DNA of 64,000 nucleotides from Minisyncoccota bacterium (GCA_009885085.1 VFLK01000033.1:7135-71134); one strand, 5' to 3'; positions 48,058-57,301 are shown, counted from the stretch's first letter. Notes: a model not told the origin generated them from the letters alone. Made by a program: numbers and translations.

Positions 48058-49270
48058 AAAAATTCTACTATGGACTTTTGTTGGACTACTAGCTCTGGGC
48101 CAGTTTCAAAGAATTGAGCTGGGAGGAAGTTTCACGGGAATCAACGTGTATTTTCACGATATTTTCATTTTTATCTGGCTGGTTGGTTTCGTATTAACAG
48201 AAAAAATTAATTTAAAATTTAGTAAAACTTCCTTAAAGAAAATTGTGTCTAGTTTTAAAATTGAATCAATTTTTATAGGAATTAGTATTACTGGAATTGC
48301 TCTTAATGTTCTAATCAATAATGATTGGGTTTCTCTATTGTATGTGCTTAGATTTGGCTCCTACATTTTGTTTTTTCTTTCATTAAGATATCTGGTAACA
48401 AAAAAACAGATAAGAGCATCAGACATTAGATTTAAGTTTTTTGGAGCTGGAGCCATTATTCTATTCCTGGGATTTTTGCAACTCATACTGATCAAAGACA
48501 CAAGATTTCTAGCAATACTCGGATGGGATGACCATTTCAATAGATTGATTAGCACCATTTTTGATCCTGGATTTACGGGACTTATTTTTGTAATTACTCT
48601 TATGTTTTTTTACTCACTTTCCAAAATCGATCATAACTTCAAAATTTTTGAAGGCAAACTTATCAATTCAATTATAAGTTTATGGTTTTTAGTAGGAATT
48701 GCATTAACATTTTCGAGAGCCTCATATCTGGCATTATTCGTTGCGTTATTATCACTGGGAGTTTTAAATAGGAAGGTAATTGCTACTTCAATTTTCAAAA
48801 TAGTATTTTTTGTGTTTATTATTTTATTGATACCCAAGCCCGGTGGTGAAGGCGTAGACTTATCTAGAACCTCAACAATTACCGCTAGAAGATCTGCTAT
48901 TGCGTATCAACTAGACTCTGTAACACCAAAAACTTTGCTTATTGGGAATGGCTTATTTTCAAAACAAAATAGATTGGCACAAAATGGACTGGCGCAAAAT
49001 AGATTAGAAACAAATGAGTTTATCCCAAGCCACTCCAGAATGCCTGACAATTTCTTAGTTAATCTTTTACTTTCCACAGGTCAAATTGGCACGGCCATAG
49101 CAATTTTTATTATATTTAAATGGGTAATTAAAATCTCTAAACAAGATCCTGAGCTCGGTTCAGCGATAATTGCTACATTAGTTCACGCGCAATTCAGTAA
49201 TTCAATATTTCAACCGTTTATATTGCTAATGTTATTAGGTGGAATTGCTAGTTTAAAATCTAAAGCTTAA
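48014..49270 (+). CDS. O-antigen ligase/polymerase-like polytopic membrane protein
   Basis: 418 aa, many TM helices with a large loop near the C-terminus, downstream of flippase and GT2. Confidence 0.5.
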   Translation: MKTIMWKLIMNPRLRKILLWTFVGLLALGQFQRIELGGSFTGINVYFHDIFIFIWLVGFVLTEKINLKFSKTSLKKIVSSFKIESIFIGISITGIALNVLINNDWVSLLYVLRFGSYILFFLSLRYLVTKKQIRASDIRFKFFGAGAIILFLGFLQLILIKDTRFLAILGWDDHFNRLISTIFDPGFTGLIFVITLMFFYSLSKIDHNFKIFEGKLINSIISLWFLVGIALTFSRASYLALFVALLSLGVLNRKVIATSIFKIVFFVFIILLIPKPGGEGVDLSRTSTITARRSAIAYQLDSVTPKTLLIGNGLFSKQNRLAQNGLAQNRLETNEFIPSHSRMPDNFLVNLLLSTGQIGTAIAIFIIFKWVIKISKQDPELGSAIIATLVHAQFSNSIFQPFILLMLLGGIASLKSKA

Positions 49271-49297
49271 AGTTATAAACTAGATCAATTTTTGTTG
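49228..49297. repeat. 70-bp direct repeat, copy 1 (3' end of the ligase-like gene plus downstream)
   Basis: about 64/70 identical to 49630..49699. Confidence 0.8.
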
Positions 49298-49361
49298 ACA
49301 AAGGTAATGATAACAGTGTATATTCAAGTCTTATTAAAATTATTTATTTAAGGAACTTAAT

Positions 49362-49631
49362 ATGCAAAAGGAAGTGGAAGAAGAAGACTATGAAACAAAA
49401 AGCGATAATGAAAAAAGAAAAGAAGAAAAAAAGAGCGATTTTTTTATTAAATTTGATGAACGGAATCCTAAAGAAAAACAAAGGGTTTCACAGCAAATAG
49501 GGTTTAAATTTAGTGGAAAAGAAAAAAGAAGAAAAGGGATAAGGTTAGATCAGAATATAGAAACACAGCAACTGAATGACGATGGCGACTCAATAGTTCA
49601 TGAAACCGATGATCATGATATCAGTTATTAA
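49362..49631 (+). CDS. small highly charged (K/E/D-rich) hypothetical protein lying between the 70-bp direct repeats
   Basis: 89-aa ORF; stop codon abuts repeat copy 2. Confidence 0.35.
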   Translation: MQKEVEEEDYETKSDNEKRKEEKKSDFFIKFDERNPKEKQRVSQQIGFKFSGKEKRRKGIRLDQNIETQQLNDDGDSIVHETDDHDISY

Positions 49632-49699
49632 TGTTATCAGGTGAAATTGCTAGCTAAAAATCTAAAGCTTAAAGCTATAAACTAGATCAATTTTTGTAG
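49630..49699. repeat. 70-bp direct repeat, copy 2 (supplies the last about 12 codons of the minus-strand gene 49662..50456)
   Basis: aligned by eye with copy 1. Confidence 0.8.
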
Positions 49700-50456
49700 A
49701 GTTTTTAGCTTTGTCCTCAGCATGCACTTCAATTTTATTTTCCCCCTCAACTAGAAGAATGCTGTGCTCAAATAGACCCTCGTCATTTGGAAATACAACT
49801 CGATTATTTATATAAATTTTAGCACCGACATCTGTTTTTCCCTTGAGATTTATTGATTGTTTTGCCCTGGACTCAAATGACGTGCCGTCAGCAGGTTCTA
49901 AGATTTCTAAACTTGGTGCTTGAGTGTCCAATAAAGTATTGTAATCTCTAGTTGCGGCCGACTCATTTTCAGCCTTATCAACGCTGTACGCTGCAATTAT
50001 ATTTTCACCTTCATCTAAAATTATTCCAATTTCGAATGATCCATCTTCATTGATTTTTATCGAGTCATCTTTTCTTCCATTGAGAACCAAAATTAAATCG
50101 CTTTCTGGTTCTCCAAAACCTGTAACCTTTATATTGGCGCTACTTGTTGCAGCGGGTGGAGCTGAAAGAATTGGAACCTGAGGAGCTATCATATCTGCTT
50201 GTTGAAAAGGAGTAGAGGAATCAAAAAAATCTCCCGTCAATTTAAAAAAACCTGGAATAATAATAAAAACAAAGGCAAGTAACACCACGATTGCAATGAC
50301 AACTATCGTAATGGTTTGATGTACCACCTTCTTTTTTTCACTATTCATCCTACGAGAATAAACTCCAGATGGAGTATTCTTATAGCTTGAGGTATTTAAA
50401 ATTCTTGATATAGGGTTAATTCTGCGTCTGATTTTTGACATGCCTAAAGTATACAT
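49662..50456 (-). CDS. hypothetical membrane-anchored protein with two repeated beta-rich (Ig-like) segments
   Basis: N-terminal TM helix (ITIVVIAIVVLLAFVFIIIPGFF), internal repeat (...GENIIAAYSVDKAENES / ...GENKIEVHAEDKAKNST). Confidence 0.45.
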   Translation of the reverse strand: MYTLGMSKIRRRINPISRILNTSSYKNTPSGVYSRRMNSEKKKVVHQTITIVVIAIVVLLAFVFIIIPGFFKLTGDFFDSSTPFQQADMIAPQVPILSAPPAATSSANIKVTGFGEPESDLILVLNGRKDDSIKINEDGSFEIGIILDEGENIIAAYSVDKAENESAATRDYNTLLDTQAPSLEILEPADGTSFESRAKQSINLKGKTDVGAKIYINNRVVFPNDEGLFEHSILLVEGENKIEVHAEDKAKNSTKIDLVYSFKL

Positions 50457-50578
50457 CTATTGTTTGGAGTAAGGCAACTTGTGCTCTAAGATAGCTTCTT
50501 CAACTTGTACCCCCAGGCACCTTCTCTTGCTTTGAAATGGCCAAGGCCTGATGCTCTTGCTTTACAACTCGCCATGTT

Positions 50579-50654
50579 TGGAGCCGAAGGTGGGAGTCGA
50601 ACCCACGACCTATGGTTTACGATACCAGTGCTCTACCAACTGAGCTACTTCGGC
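50579..50654 (-). tRNA. tRNA-Thr (anticodon CGT), CCA encoded
   Basis: manual cloverleaf on the reverse complement: acceptor gccgaag/cttcggc, D-arm gctc/gagc, anticodon loop atCGTaa, T-arm gtggg-ttcgact-cccac, discriminator t, CCA. Confidence 0.85.
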
Positions 50655-50668
50655 GAATATAATCCGCA

Positions 50669-51394
50669 CTATAGCCTAGATTTTATCACTGGAAGCTTGA
50701 GTTCTGTTAACGGAAATATTAAATTTGGATCAGTTCCAATTACTTGTTTATTAAGCTCATATATTTCTGACCAGATCATAGGATCTGAATAATTTTCAAA
50801 AGCTATTTTCCAAACAGAATCTCCTGGCTTAACAATATAAGATTCTGTATCTGCCCAATCACGATCGTCGCTCTTGATTCCGTCAGAATTCAAAATCTTT
50901 TTGTTTATAATATTTAAATTGGCATTTATTAAAATTACTTGTCCAATTTGAAGATATTGACCATGCTTAAAATTATTTAGTTTTTCTATTTCAAGATATC
51001 TACTTCCACTTCCAAAAAATTTTTCTGCAATCTTCCAAGAAGAGTCGCCTAGCTGAGCTACATAACTTGAAGCATCCTCAGTTTGCATTTCATCGACTTT
51101 TTCAGCGACCTTATCATAAACTTTATCTTCCTGAATCGTGTTTGCTTTATTAATTTTTTCGATTGATGATTCAAAAGAATCAAAACCTACTTGAGTGCTG
51201 GCAGCTTCGTTTGTAATTTTTCCTTGTGATCTTTGCTTTATTAAAGAATTTAAAAGCAAATTAAACGCAATCATAATCACAATTAGAAAACCAAGTAAAA
51301 ATATTATTAGGGTAGATTTATCCTTAATAAATTTGATAAGATTTTTGAGGTTCAATTCTGTCATATTAATGCAAATATAACAGAGTAAGTACAA
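50669..51394 (-). CDS. LysM-domain membrane protein (two LysM-like repeats)
   Basis: GDSVWKIA...YELN and GDSSWKIA...LEIEKLN LysM-like segments; likely true start at 51364 (MTELN...) before a TM helix. Confidence 0.55.
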   Translation of the reverse strand: MYLLCYICINMTELNLKNLIKFIKDKSTLIIFLLGFLIVIMIAFNLLLNSLIKQRSQGKITNEAASTQVGFDSFESSIEKINKANTIQEDKVYDKVAEKVDEMQTEDASSYVAQLGDSSWKIAEKFFGSGSRYLEIEKLNNFKHGQYLQIGQVILINANLNIINKKILNSDGIKSDDRDWADTESYIVKPGDSVWKIAFENYSDPMIWSEIYELNKQVIGTDPNLIFPLTELKLPVIKSRL

Positions 51395-51450
51395 CTACCA
51401 CAAGGTGTATTTTTCTAGTACAATCGCATTCAGTCTTTGAAAGGGCACAA

Positions 51451-52359
51451 ATGAAAAAAAAGCTAAGCATCTACTCACTTTACATTGTTATAGCGGCAAT
51501 TCTTTGGGGAGTTGATGGAATATTAAGACGTAATCTTTTTATTTTACCTCCAATTATTATTGTTTTTTATGAACATTTAATTGGTTTACTAATTATCACA
51601 CCTTTAATTCCTTCACTTTTAAAAAAAGAAAAATTAACAAGAAACGAATGGCTTTCAATTATTTTAGTAAGTCTACTCAGTGGTTTACTTGGAACTTTGT
51701 GGTTCACAACAGCACTGGCAAAAACTAACTTTATTTCTTTTTCAGTAGTGTTTTTGCTCCAAAAATTGCAACCAATTTTTACAATCACCACGGCTAGTAT
51801 TTTTCTAAAAGAAAAAGTCAACAAAAAATATATTTCCTGGGCATTACTAGCATTTATAAGTGCATATTTTGTGACATTTAAAAATGGCATTATTAATTTT
51901 CAAACTGGCGAAGGCACAATTACGGCAGCGTTATTTGCGCTTGCAGCTGCCTTTGCATGGGGAAGTTCAACAACATTTTCTAGATATACCTTAGTCAATC
52001 ATTCTAATACTTTAATTACTGGCCTAAGATTTTTCTTTACAACCCTGTTTGCATTAGTTGCAGTATTTCTACTAAAACTTGATTCTCAATTAATGGTGAT
52101 TAATTTTCAACAGCTTTCACAACTAACAACTATTGCTCTCTCAACTGGACTAGTTGCTCTTTGGATATATTACAAAGGCTTGAAGCACACCCAAGCAAAA
52201 ATTTCGACAATACTTGAGCTGGCTTTTCCTATGACCGCTGTTTTTATAGACGTGGTAATTTATAAAAATATTCTTTCGATTAGCCAATATTTGGCAGCTG
52301 GAGTTTTGATTTTTGCAATTTATAAAATTTCCAACTTGAATAAAGAAATTTCTAAATAG
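51451..52359 (+). CDS. DMT/EamA-like polytopic transporter
   Basis: 302 aa, about 10 TM helices in two halves. Confidence 0.45.
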   Translation: MKKKLSIYSLYIVIAAILWGVDGILRRNLFILPPIIIVFYEHLIGLLIITPLIPSLLKKEKLTRNEWLSIILVSLLSGLLGTLWFTTALAKTNFISFSVVFLLQKLQPIFTITTASIFLKEKVNKKYISWALLAFISAYFVTFKNGIINFQTGEGTITAALFALAAAFAWGSSTTFSRYTLVNHSNTLITGLRFFFTTLFALVAVFLLKLDSQLMVINFQQLSQLTTIALSTGLVALWIYYKGLKHTQAKISTILELAFPMTAVFIDVVIYKNILSISQYLAAGVLIFAIYKISNLNKEISK

Positions 52360-52729
52360 AATTGTTTGCAATTTCAATGTCTTTTTTGATTTGAAAAACT
52401 AAAGAATTTACATCTGTAAAAATCATTGCCCCACGGATAAATTTTAATATAGAAACCGTTATTTCTTTGCCATAAATATCTGCATGAAAATCTAGAATAT
52501 GTAGTTCCAAAGAATTTTTAGTTTCATTGGCGATTGTTTTTGGACCATAAAAAAGCACGGCCAAATATTTTTTTTCAGGAGCATCCTCAATAGTTACCTC
52601 AGCAGAGTAGACACCTGTGTCCCATTCGGAATTAAATAGATTTTGATCAAGATTGGCGGTAGGAATCCCAATTTTTCTGCCTAACTTAAGTCCCTCAATA
52701 ACTTTACCTTTAAAAATTTGATTTTTCAT
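52352..52729 (-). CDS. monofunctional riboflavin kinase domain protein
   Basis: GKVIEGLKLGRKIGIPTANL matches the riboflavin kinase (RibF C-domain) signature. Confidence 0.6.
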   Translation of the reverse strand: MKNQIFKGKVIEGLKLGRKIGIPTANLDQNLFNSEWDTGVYSAEVTIEDAPEKKYLAVLFYGPKTIANETKNSLELHILDFHADIYGKEITVSILKFIRGAMIFTDVNSLVFQIKKDIEIANNSI

Positions 52730-52761
52730 ATAATATTTTAGTTGTTCTATAATACATTATT

Positions 52762-53079
52762 ATGTCATCAAAATTTGCTGAAAAAATATATGCTCAGCTT
52801 CGAAAAGTTCCCAAAGGGAAAGTTACTACCTACAAAGAGTTAGCAAAAAGTATTGGGTCTAATGTATATCGAGCTGTGGGTAGTGCGCTTCGTGATAATC
52901 CATATGCTCCTCAAGTTCCTTGCCATAGAGTTGTTAGCTCAAATGGGAAGATTGGTGGTTTTAAAGGTTTCAAGACTGGCAAAACAATTGATGATAAAAT
53001 AAAAATGCTTAATGATGAGGGAGTGGAAATCAAATCAGGTAAATTAATAAATTTTGATAAGAAAATATTTAGGTTTTAA
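52762..53079 (+). CDS. methylated-DNA-protein-cysteine methyltransferase (MGMT/Ogt) C-terminal domain only
   Basis: VPCHRVVSSNGKIGGF active-site PCHR motif; 105 aa. Confidence 0.75.
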   Translation: MSSKFAEKIYAQLRKVPKGKVTTYKELAKSIGSNVYRAVGSALRDNPYAPQVPCHRVVSSNGKIGGFKGFKTGKTIDDKIKMLNDEGVEIKSGKLINFDKKIFRF

Positions 53080-53082
53080 ATT

Positions 53083-53505
53083 ATGCATTCATCAGAAACA
53101 AAAATCACACAACCCATTACGTTTGAGGATCAAAAAAAGTTATTTGAAAAAACAGATCCAAAAGATGATCTACAAAAATTTGTAGCTTATGATGCGACGT
53201 ACCACGAAGAAATGATTCACAGTATCCACAAAGATAGTGAACTATTATGGGTAAGAACAGCCCAATTTCTTAAGCTTGCTTTTATACTTGATAGCTATAT
53301 AGATGAGTATGCAGCTGAAATTTCTAAAGAACAGCAAGGATCAATAGAAAGATTTCTAAAATTCGTTGTGAATCCAACCTTTGTTCAAAGAATTAGAACT
53401 GAAAAATCAGATATTGAAGAGGCATTACTAGTTTTAGAAGCACTGGGCATAGATGTTAGCATACAAAGAAAACAACTTGAAGAAACTTGGCCAAAAATAA
53501 TTTAA
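53083..53505 (+). CDS. hypothetical protein
   Basis: 140-aa ORF, no family recognised. Confidence 0.35.
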   Translation: MHSSETKITQPITFEDQKKLFEKTDPKDDLQKFVAYDATYHEEMIHSIHKDSELLWVRTAQFLKLAFILDSYIDEYAAEISKEQQGSIERFLKFVVNPTFVQRIRTEKSDIEEALLVLEALGIDVSIQRKQLEETWPKII

Positions 53506-53647
53506 TTATTAAATAATTAACTGGAAACAAAAACATGCTAGAAATTTACACTAATGATATAGGTCATGAGTTAGAACTTCAAGCTTTAATGAAAACAGCG
53601 CAACTAGAAAAACTTATTATTAAATGGATTATTGATAAAAGGTAAGC

Positions 53648-54079
53648 ATGCGCAAGGGCATCGATTATATAGGCAACACTACTGTTTATTTTTGTCATGA
53701 TGGTAAAGGTAATTTTTTATTAAGTAAACGCAGTGAGAAAGCTAGAGATGAACAAGGCACCTGGGATCCAGGTGGTGGCGCAATTGAATTTGGAGATAGT
53801 GTTATTGAAACTCTTTACCGTGAAATTAAGGAAGAGTATTTTGCGGATGTGTTAGAGCAGGAATTTCTTGGATATATGGATGTGCATCGAGAATCAAAAG
53901 GTAAAAAAACTCATTGGATCGCACTGGTTTTTAAAGTATTGGTTAATAGAGAACAGGTGAAAAATGGTGAACCAAATAAATTTGATGAAATCGGTTGGTT
54001 TAAGTTAGATAACTTACCTAGCCCACTTCACTCTCAATTTCCTTATGCGTTGAAGGAATTTGCTCACAAACTAAAATAA
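53648..54079 (+). CDS. NUDIX hydrolase
   Basis: Nudix box GGGAIEFGDSVIETLYREIKEEY. Confidence 0.75.
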   Translation: MRKGIDYIGNTTVYFCHDGKGNFLLSKRSEKARDEQGTWDPGGGAIEFGDSVIETLYREIKEEYFADVLEQEFLGYMDVHRESKGKKTHWIALVFKVLVNREQVKNGEPNKFDEIGWFKLDNLPSPLHSQFPYALKEFAHKLK

Positions 54080-54140
54080 TATATTTGCATGCTATTCACT
54101 TATAAAAATATAGTGATTAGAAGATGAAAACAAACCTATT

Positions 54141-54395
54141 TTGGTTTATAATATAGGAATGAAATATCCCATACCAAAGACTTTATATAAATACTTTTGG
54201 GGCGACAATTTAGATGAACTTTGCTGGCAAGACCATCAAAAATACATTACTCAGACACTGTTAGAAAAAGGAGATAGAGAAGCAACTAGTTGGCTTTTGA
54301 GCATGTCTGATAAATCCCAATTATTAAAGCAACTTCCAGAATTAAAGCTAAGTATTAAATCAAAAAACTTCTGGCAGATATATTTATCAGCATGA
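54141..54395 (+). CDS. small hypothetical protein, 4-nt overlap with the downstream nucleotidyltransferase (candidate antitoxin partner)
   Basis: 84-aa ORF; operon arrangement only. Confidence 0.3.
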   Translation: MVYNIGMKYPIPKTLYKYFWGDNLDELCWQDHQKYITQTLLEKGDREATSWLLSMSDKSQLLKQLPELKLSIKSKNFWQIYLSA

Positions 54396-55021
54396 AAATA
54401 TACGCCCAAACTTTACCCATTAGAACCAAATGCATAGTTGAAATTTTTCAGAAAGAAAAACCCGATTTTTTAAATGACTTTTATTTGTCTGGCGGAACAG
54501 CATTAGCTTTACAACTAGGTCACAGAGAATCAGAAGATTTAGATTTTTTTAGTAAAGATTTCTTTAATCCTAGTAGATTACAACTTAAGCTTGAAAAATA
54601 TGGAAAACTAAATGACTTGGAGTTATCAGAAGGGACTTTAAATACTTATTTAAACGGAGCAAAACTTCAATTTTTAGAATATCCCTATGCATTGGTTAAA
54701 AATCATTTTGATTGGCAAGGAATAAAACTAAGCTCAATAGAAGATATTGCCTGTACCAAACTGCATACTATCAGCATGAGAGGAAGTAAAAAAGATTTTG
54801 TTGACTTGTTCTTTATTTTACAAAGTTTTTCATTAGATGATCTTTTTAAAATGTTGAAAAGAAAATATGTAATCTCTGATTTTAGTCAAACTCATATTTT
54901 GAAATCACTAGTTTACTTTGAAGACGCAAATTCTCAACCAATGCCTAGAATGCACAAACTAGTAAGTTGGGATGAAATTAAAGAGACAATCATCAAAAAA
55001 GTTAAAGACTTGGTGCTTTAG
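54392..55021 (+). CDS. AbiEii-like nucleotidyltransferase (type IV TA toxin family)
   Basis: LSGGTALALQLGHRESEDLDFF resembles the GGTAL...R.SEDLDF N-terminal motif of AbiEii/DUF1814 proteins. Confidence 0.5.
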   Translation: MKIYAQTLPIRTKCIVEIFQKEKPDFLNDFYLSGGTALALQLGHRESEDLDFFSKDFFNPSRLQLKLEKYGKLNDLELSEGTLNTYLNGAKLQFLEYPYALVKNHFDWQGIKLSSIEDIACTKLHTISMRGSKKDFVDLFFILQSFSLDDLFKMLKRKYVISDFSQTHILKSLVYFEDANSQPMPRMHKLVSWDEIKETIIKKVKDLVL

Positions 55022-55030
55022 CAAAAAAAA

Positions 55031-55056
55031 GAACCCCTGAGGGTTCCTTTTTTATA
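55031..55056 (+). terminator. intrinsic terminator gaaccc-ctga-gggttc followed by TTTTTTAT
   Basis: read directly downstream of 54392..55021. Confidence 0.6.
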
Positions 55057-55060
55057 TTTT

Positions 55061-55078
55061 GCGAGCTCGATCGGACTC
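55061..55078. repeat. 18-nt exact direct copy of the 3' end (acceptor and T-arm) of tRNA-Asp; att-like
   Basis: gcgagctcgatcggactc identical to 55274..55291. Confidence 0.75.
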
Positions 55079-55094
55079 ACGATTCGCTACTATT

Positions 55095-55272
55095 TTTATC
55101 TACTGAAGGAAGCTCACAAGGTGAATTGCGAAGCAAGAGAAGGTGCCCTGGGGTACATGCACTAGGGTGACTCGCGCAGTGCGCTCGTGCGCCCGTCGCG
55201 AACAAGGCCACGACCACAATGTGAACTCAATATAAATAAAATAAACGCCTATCAGGCGTTTATTTTATTTAT
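55095..55272 (+). ncRNA. candidate small structured RNA or element remnant: GC-rich 190-bp segment between the tRNA-Asp partial copy and tRNA-Asp, ending in a bidirectional terminator
   Basis: G+C much higher than genome by eye; 5' part shares a roughly 45-nt motif with 7577..7621; terminator aaacgcct-atc-aggcgttt flanked by A and T runs at 55245..55272. Confidence 0.3.
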
Positions 55273-55274
55273 AG

Positions 55275-55347
55275 CGAGCTCGATCGGACTCGAACCGACG
55301 ATCTTCTCCGTGACAGGGAGACATGTTAACCACTACACCACGAGCCC
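55275..55347 (-). tRNA. tRNA-Asp (anticodon GTC), no encoded CCA
   Basis: manual cloverleaf on the reverse complement: acceptor gggctcg/cgagctc (one G-U), anticodon stem tctcc/ggaga, loop ctGTCac, T-arm gtcgg-ttcgagt-ccgat. Confidence 0.8.
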
Positions 55348-55454
55348 ATTTTCTTAAATTTTACTTTTGTCGAAACTCAATTATACTTCAAACTACTTAC
55401 TTTACCAAGACTTAACTCTATAGTAAGATACAACTGTACAAAAAAGGAGAAAAT

Positions 55455-56042
55455 ATGTCACTTATACCAGCACTATTAATCGCAGGGGTAGTAATCGCAG
55501 CTTATGTAATCTCGATATACAACTCTCTACAAATTCTAAAAACTCAAATTGTAGCCAGTATTCAAGAAATCGGTAACCAGCTTAAACGTCAAGCATCTTT
55601 AATTCCAAACCTTCAAGCCTCTGTTAAAGGCTTGATGAAACAAGAAAAAACTATTTTCAAAATGCTTACTGATGCTAGAAAAAACATCGAAACAGCTCAA
55701 GAATCTGGAAAAGTTGCTGATATCGAAAAAGCAATTCAAAGTGTTCAATCTTTGGTTCCACAAATTTCAATTGCCATCGAAGATAATCCAGAATTAAAAA
55801 GCAATGAAGCTGTTTCAAAACTTATGAATGAACTAACAGACACTGCTGATAAACTAATGTACTCAAGAAGATCAGTTATTGATCTTTCACAGGCATATAA
55901 TCAAAAATTAGTTGTCTTCCCATCTTCATTAGTTGCTAATATCTTTGGCTTCAAGGAAGAAAAAGGCCTCGCAACTGCTATGACAGGAAGTCATATCGAA
56001 GTCAGTGCCGCCGAAATGGAAGACGTAAAAGTTGACCTATAA
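55455..56042 (+). CDS. lemA: LemA-family protein
   Basis: N-terminal TM helix and SIYNSLQ...LKRQASLIPNL LemA signature; upstream of htpX as commonly seen. Confidence 0.65.
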   Translation: MSLIPALLIAGVVIAAYVISIYNSLQILKTQIVASIQEIGNQLKRQASLIPNLQASVKGLMKQEKTIFKMLTDARKNIETAQESGKVADIEKAIQSVQSLVPQISIAIEDNPELKSNEAVSKLMNELTDTADKLMYSRRSVIDLSQAYNQKLVVFPSSLVANIFGFKEEKGLATAMTGSHIEVSAAEMEDVKVDL

Positions 56043-56066
56043 ACCAGCGTTTTAGAAAATACTCAA

Positions 56067-56975
56067 ATGACACACTATCAATTGATAGAAAGTAACAAGA
56101 GAAAATCAATCTTTGTTATCTTCTTCTTCATCGTCTTTATACTTTCAGCGGCCTATCTTATGGCCTATGGTCTAGGATATAGCATGGATATCGTTGGAAT
56201 AGCTCTCATTTTCTCGGGAGTGATGTCATTTACTTCATATTGGTATTCCGACAAAATAATCTTAGGAATTTCTGGAGCTCATGAGGCAAGTAGAGAAAAG
56301 TATTTTGACTTTTATACTGTTGCCGAAAACTTAGCTGCCTCCAAGCAAATGCCCAAACCTAAACTTTATGTCATGGAAGACACCGCAATGAATGCTTTCG
56401 CCACCGGTAGAGATCCGGAGCATGCAGTTATTTGTGCCACCACCGGGCTCCTCGCACAGCTAAACAGATCGGAACTAGAAGGTGTGATTGGTCACGAACT
56501 TTCTCATATCAGCAACTACGACATTAGACTAATGTCGATCGTGACAATTTTAGTTGGTTTTATTGCCTTACTTTCAGATTGGATGCTGAGAATGACTTTC
56601 TGGGGTAAAAAAAGAAGCAGTGATAGAGAAGGTGGCCAACTCCAAATTATTATTTTTGCAATTGGTTTAATTTTAGCAATTCTGTCTCCTTTAATTGCCA
56701 AACTCATTCAGTTAGCAATTTCCAGAAAAAGAGAGTTTTTAGCCGATTCATCCTCTGTCGGTTTTACAAAAAATCCTCAGGGTTTGATTAACGCTCTTCA
56801 AAAAATTTCACAAGACAAAGAGCCTCTGGAAGCAGCAAATAAGGCAACCGCTCATCTTTATATTAGTAATCCATTAAAAAATCTGCCAAAAGGTTTATTC
56901 ACTAATATGTTTGCCACACATCCACCAATTGAGGAAAGATTGATCGCACTAAGAGCAGTGGTCGGATCTAAATAA
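56067..56975 (+). CDS. htpX: zinc metalloprotease HtpX (M48)
   Basis: HEXXH as GHELSHI, polytopic N-terminus. Confidence 0.8.
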   Translation: MTHYQLIESNKRKSIFVIFFFIVFILSAAYLMAYGLGYSMDIVGIALIFSGVMSFTSYWYSDKIILGISGAHEASREKYFDFYTVAENLAASKQMPKPKLYVMEDTAMNAFATGRDPEHAVICATTGLLAQLNRSELEGVIGHELSHISNYDIRLMSIVTILVGFIALLSDWMLRMTFWGKKRSSDREGGQLQIIIFAIGLILAILSPLIAKLIQLAISRKREFLADSSSVGFTKNPQGLINALQKISQDKEPLEAANKATAHLYISNPLKNLPKGLFTNMFATHPPIEERLIALRAVVGSK

Positions 56976-56995
56976 TCAGGTACAATAAGAAAGTC

Positions 56996-57301
56996 ATGTC
57001 AAATAAGATTACAACAGCTCAGATCAAGCATATTGCAGATCTAGCTTCTATTCCCATTTCTGAAAAAGAAGAAAACAGCCTCAGAGACGCCTTTGAGGAA
57101 ACACTTGACGTTATCTCAGAACTTCAATCGGTAGATGTAACTGGAGTTGAACCAACTCACCAAGTCACTGGATTTGAAAATGTTTTACGTGAAGATATTG
57201 TCAACGAAGAAAATATGTTTTCACAGGCCGATGCATTGAAAAATTCCAAACATACATATGATGGTTATTTTGTTGTACCGCGGATTATAGATGAAAAATA
57301 A
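56996..57301 (+). CDS. gatC: Asp/Glu-tRNA amidotransferase subunit C
   Basis: about 100 aa, precedes gatA; KHIADLASIPISEKE start. Confidence 0.7.
   Translation: MSNKITTAQIKHIADLASIPISEKEENSLRDAFEETLDVISELQSVDVTGVEPTHQVTGFENVLREDIVNEENMFSQADALKNSKHTYDGYFVVPRIIDEK

Noticed and set aside
50505-50792. 95-aa + strand ORF
   Set aside because: It overlaps the well-formed minus-strand tRNA-Thr(CGT) gene. Spurious.
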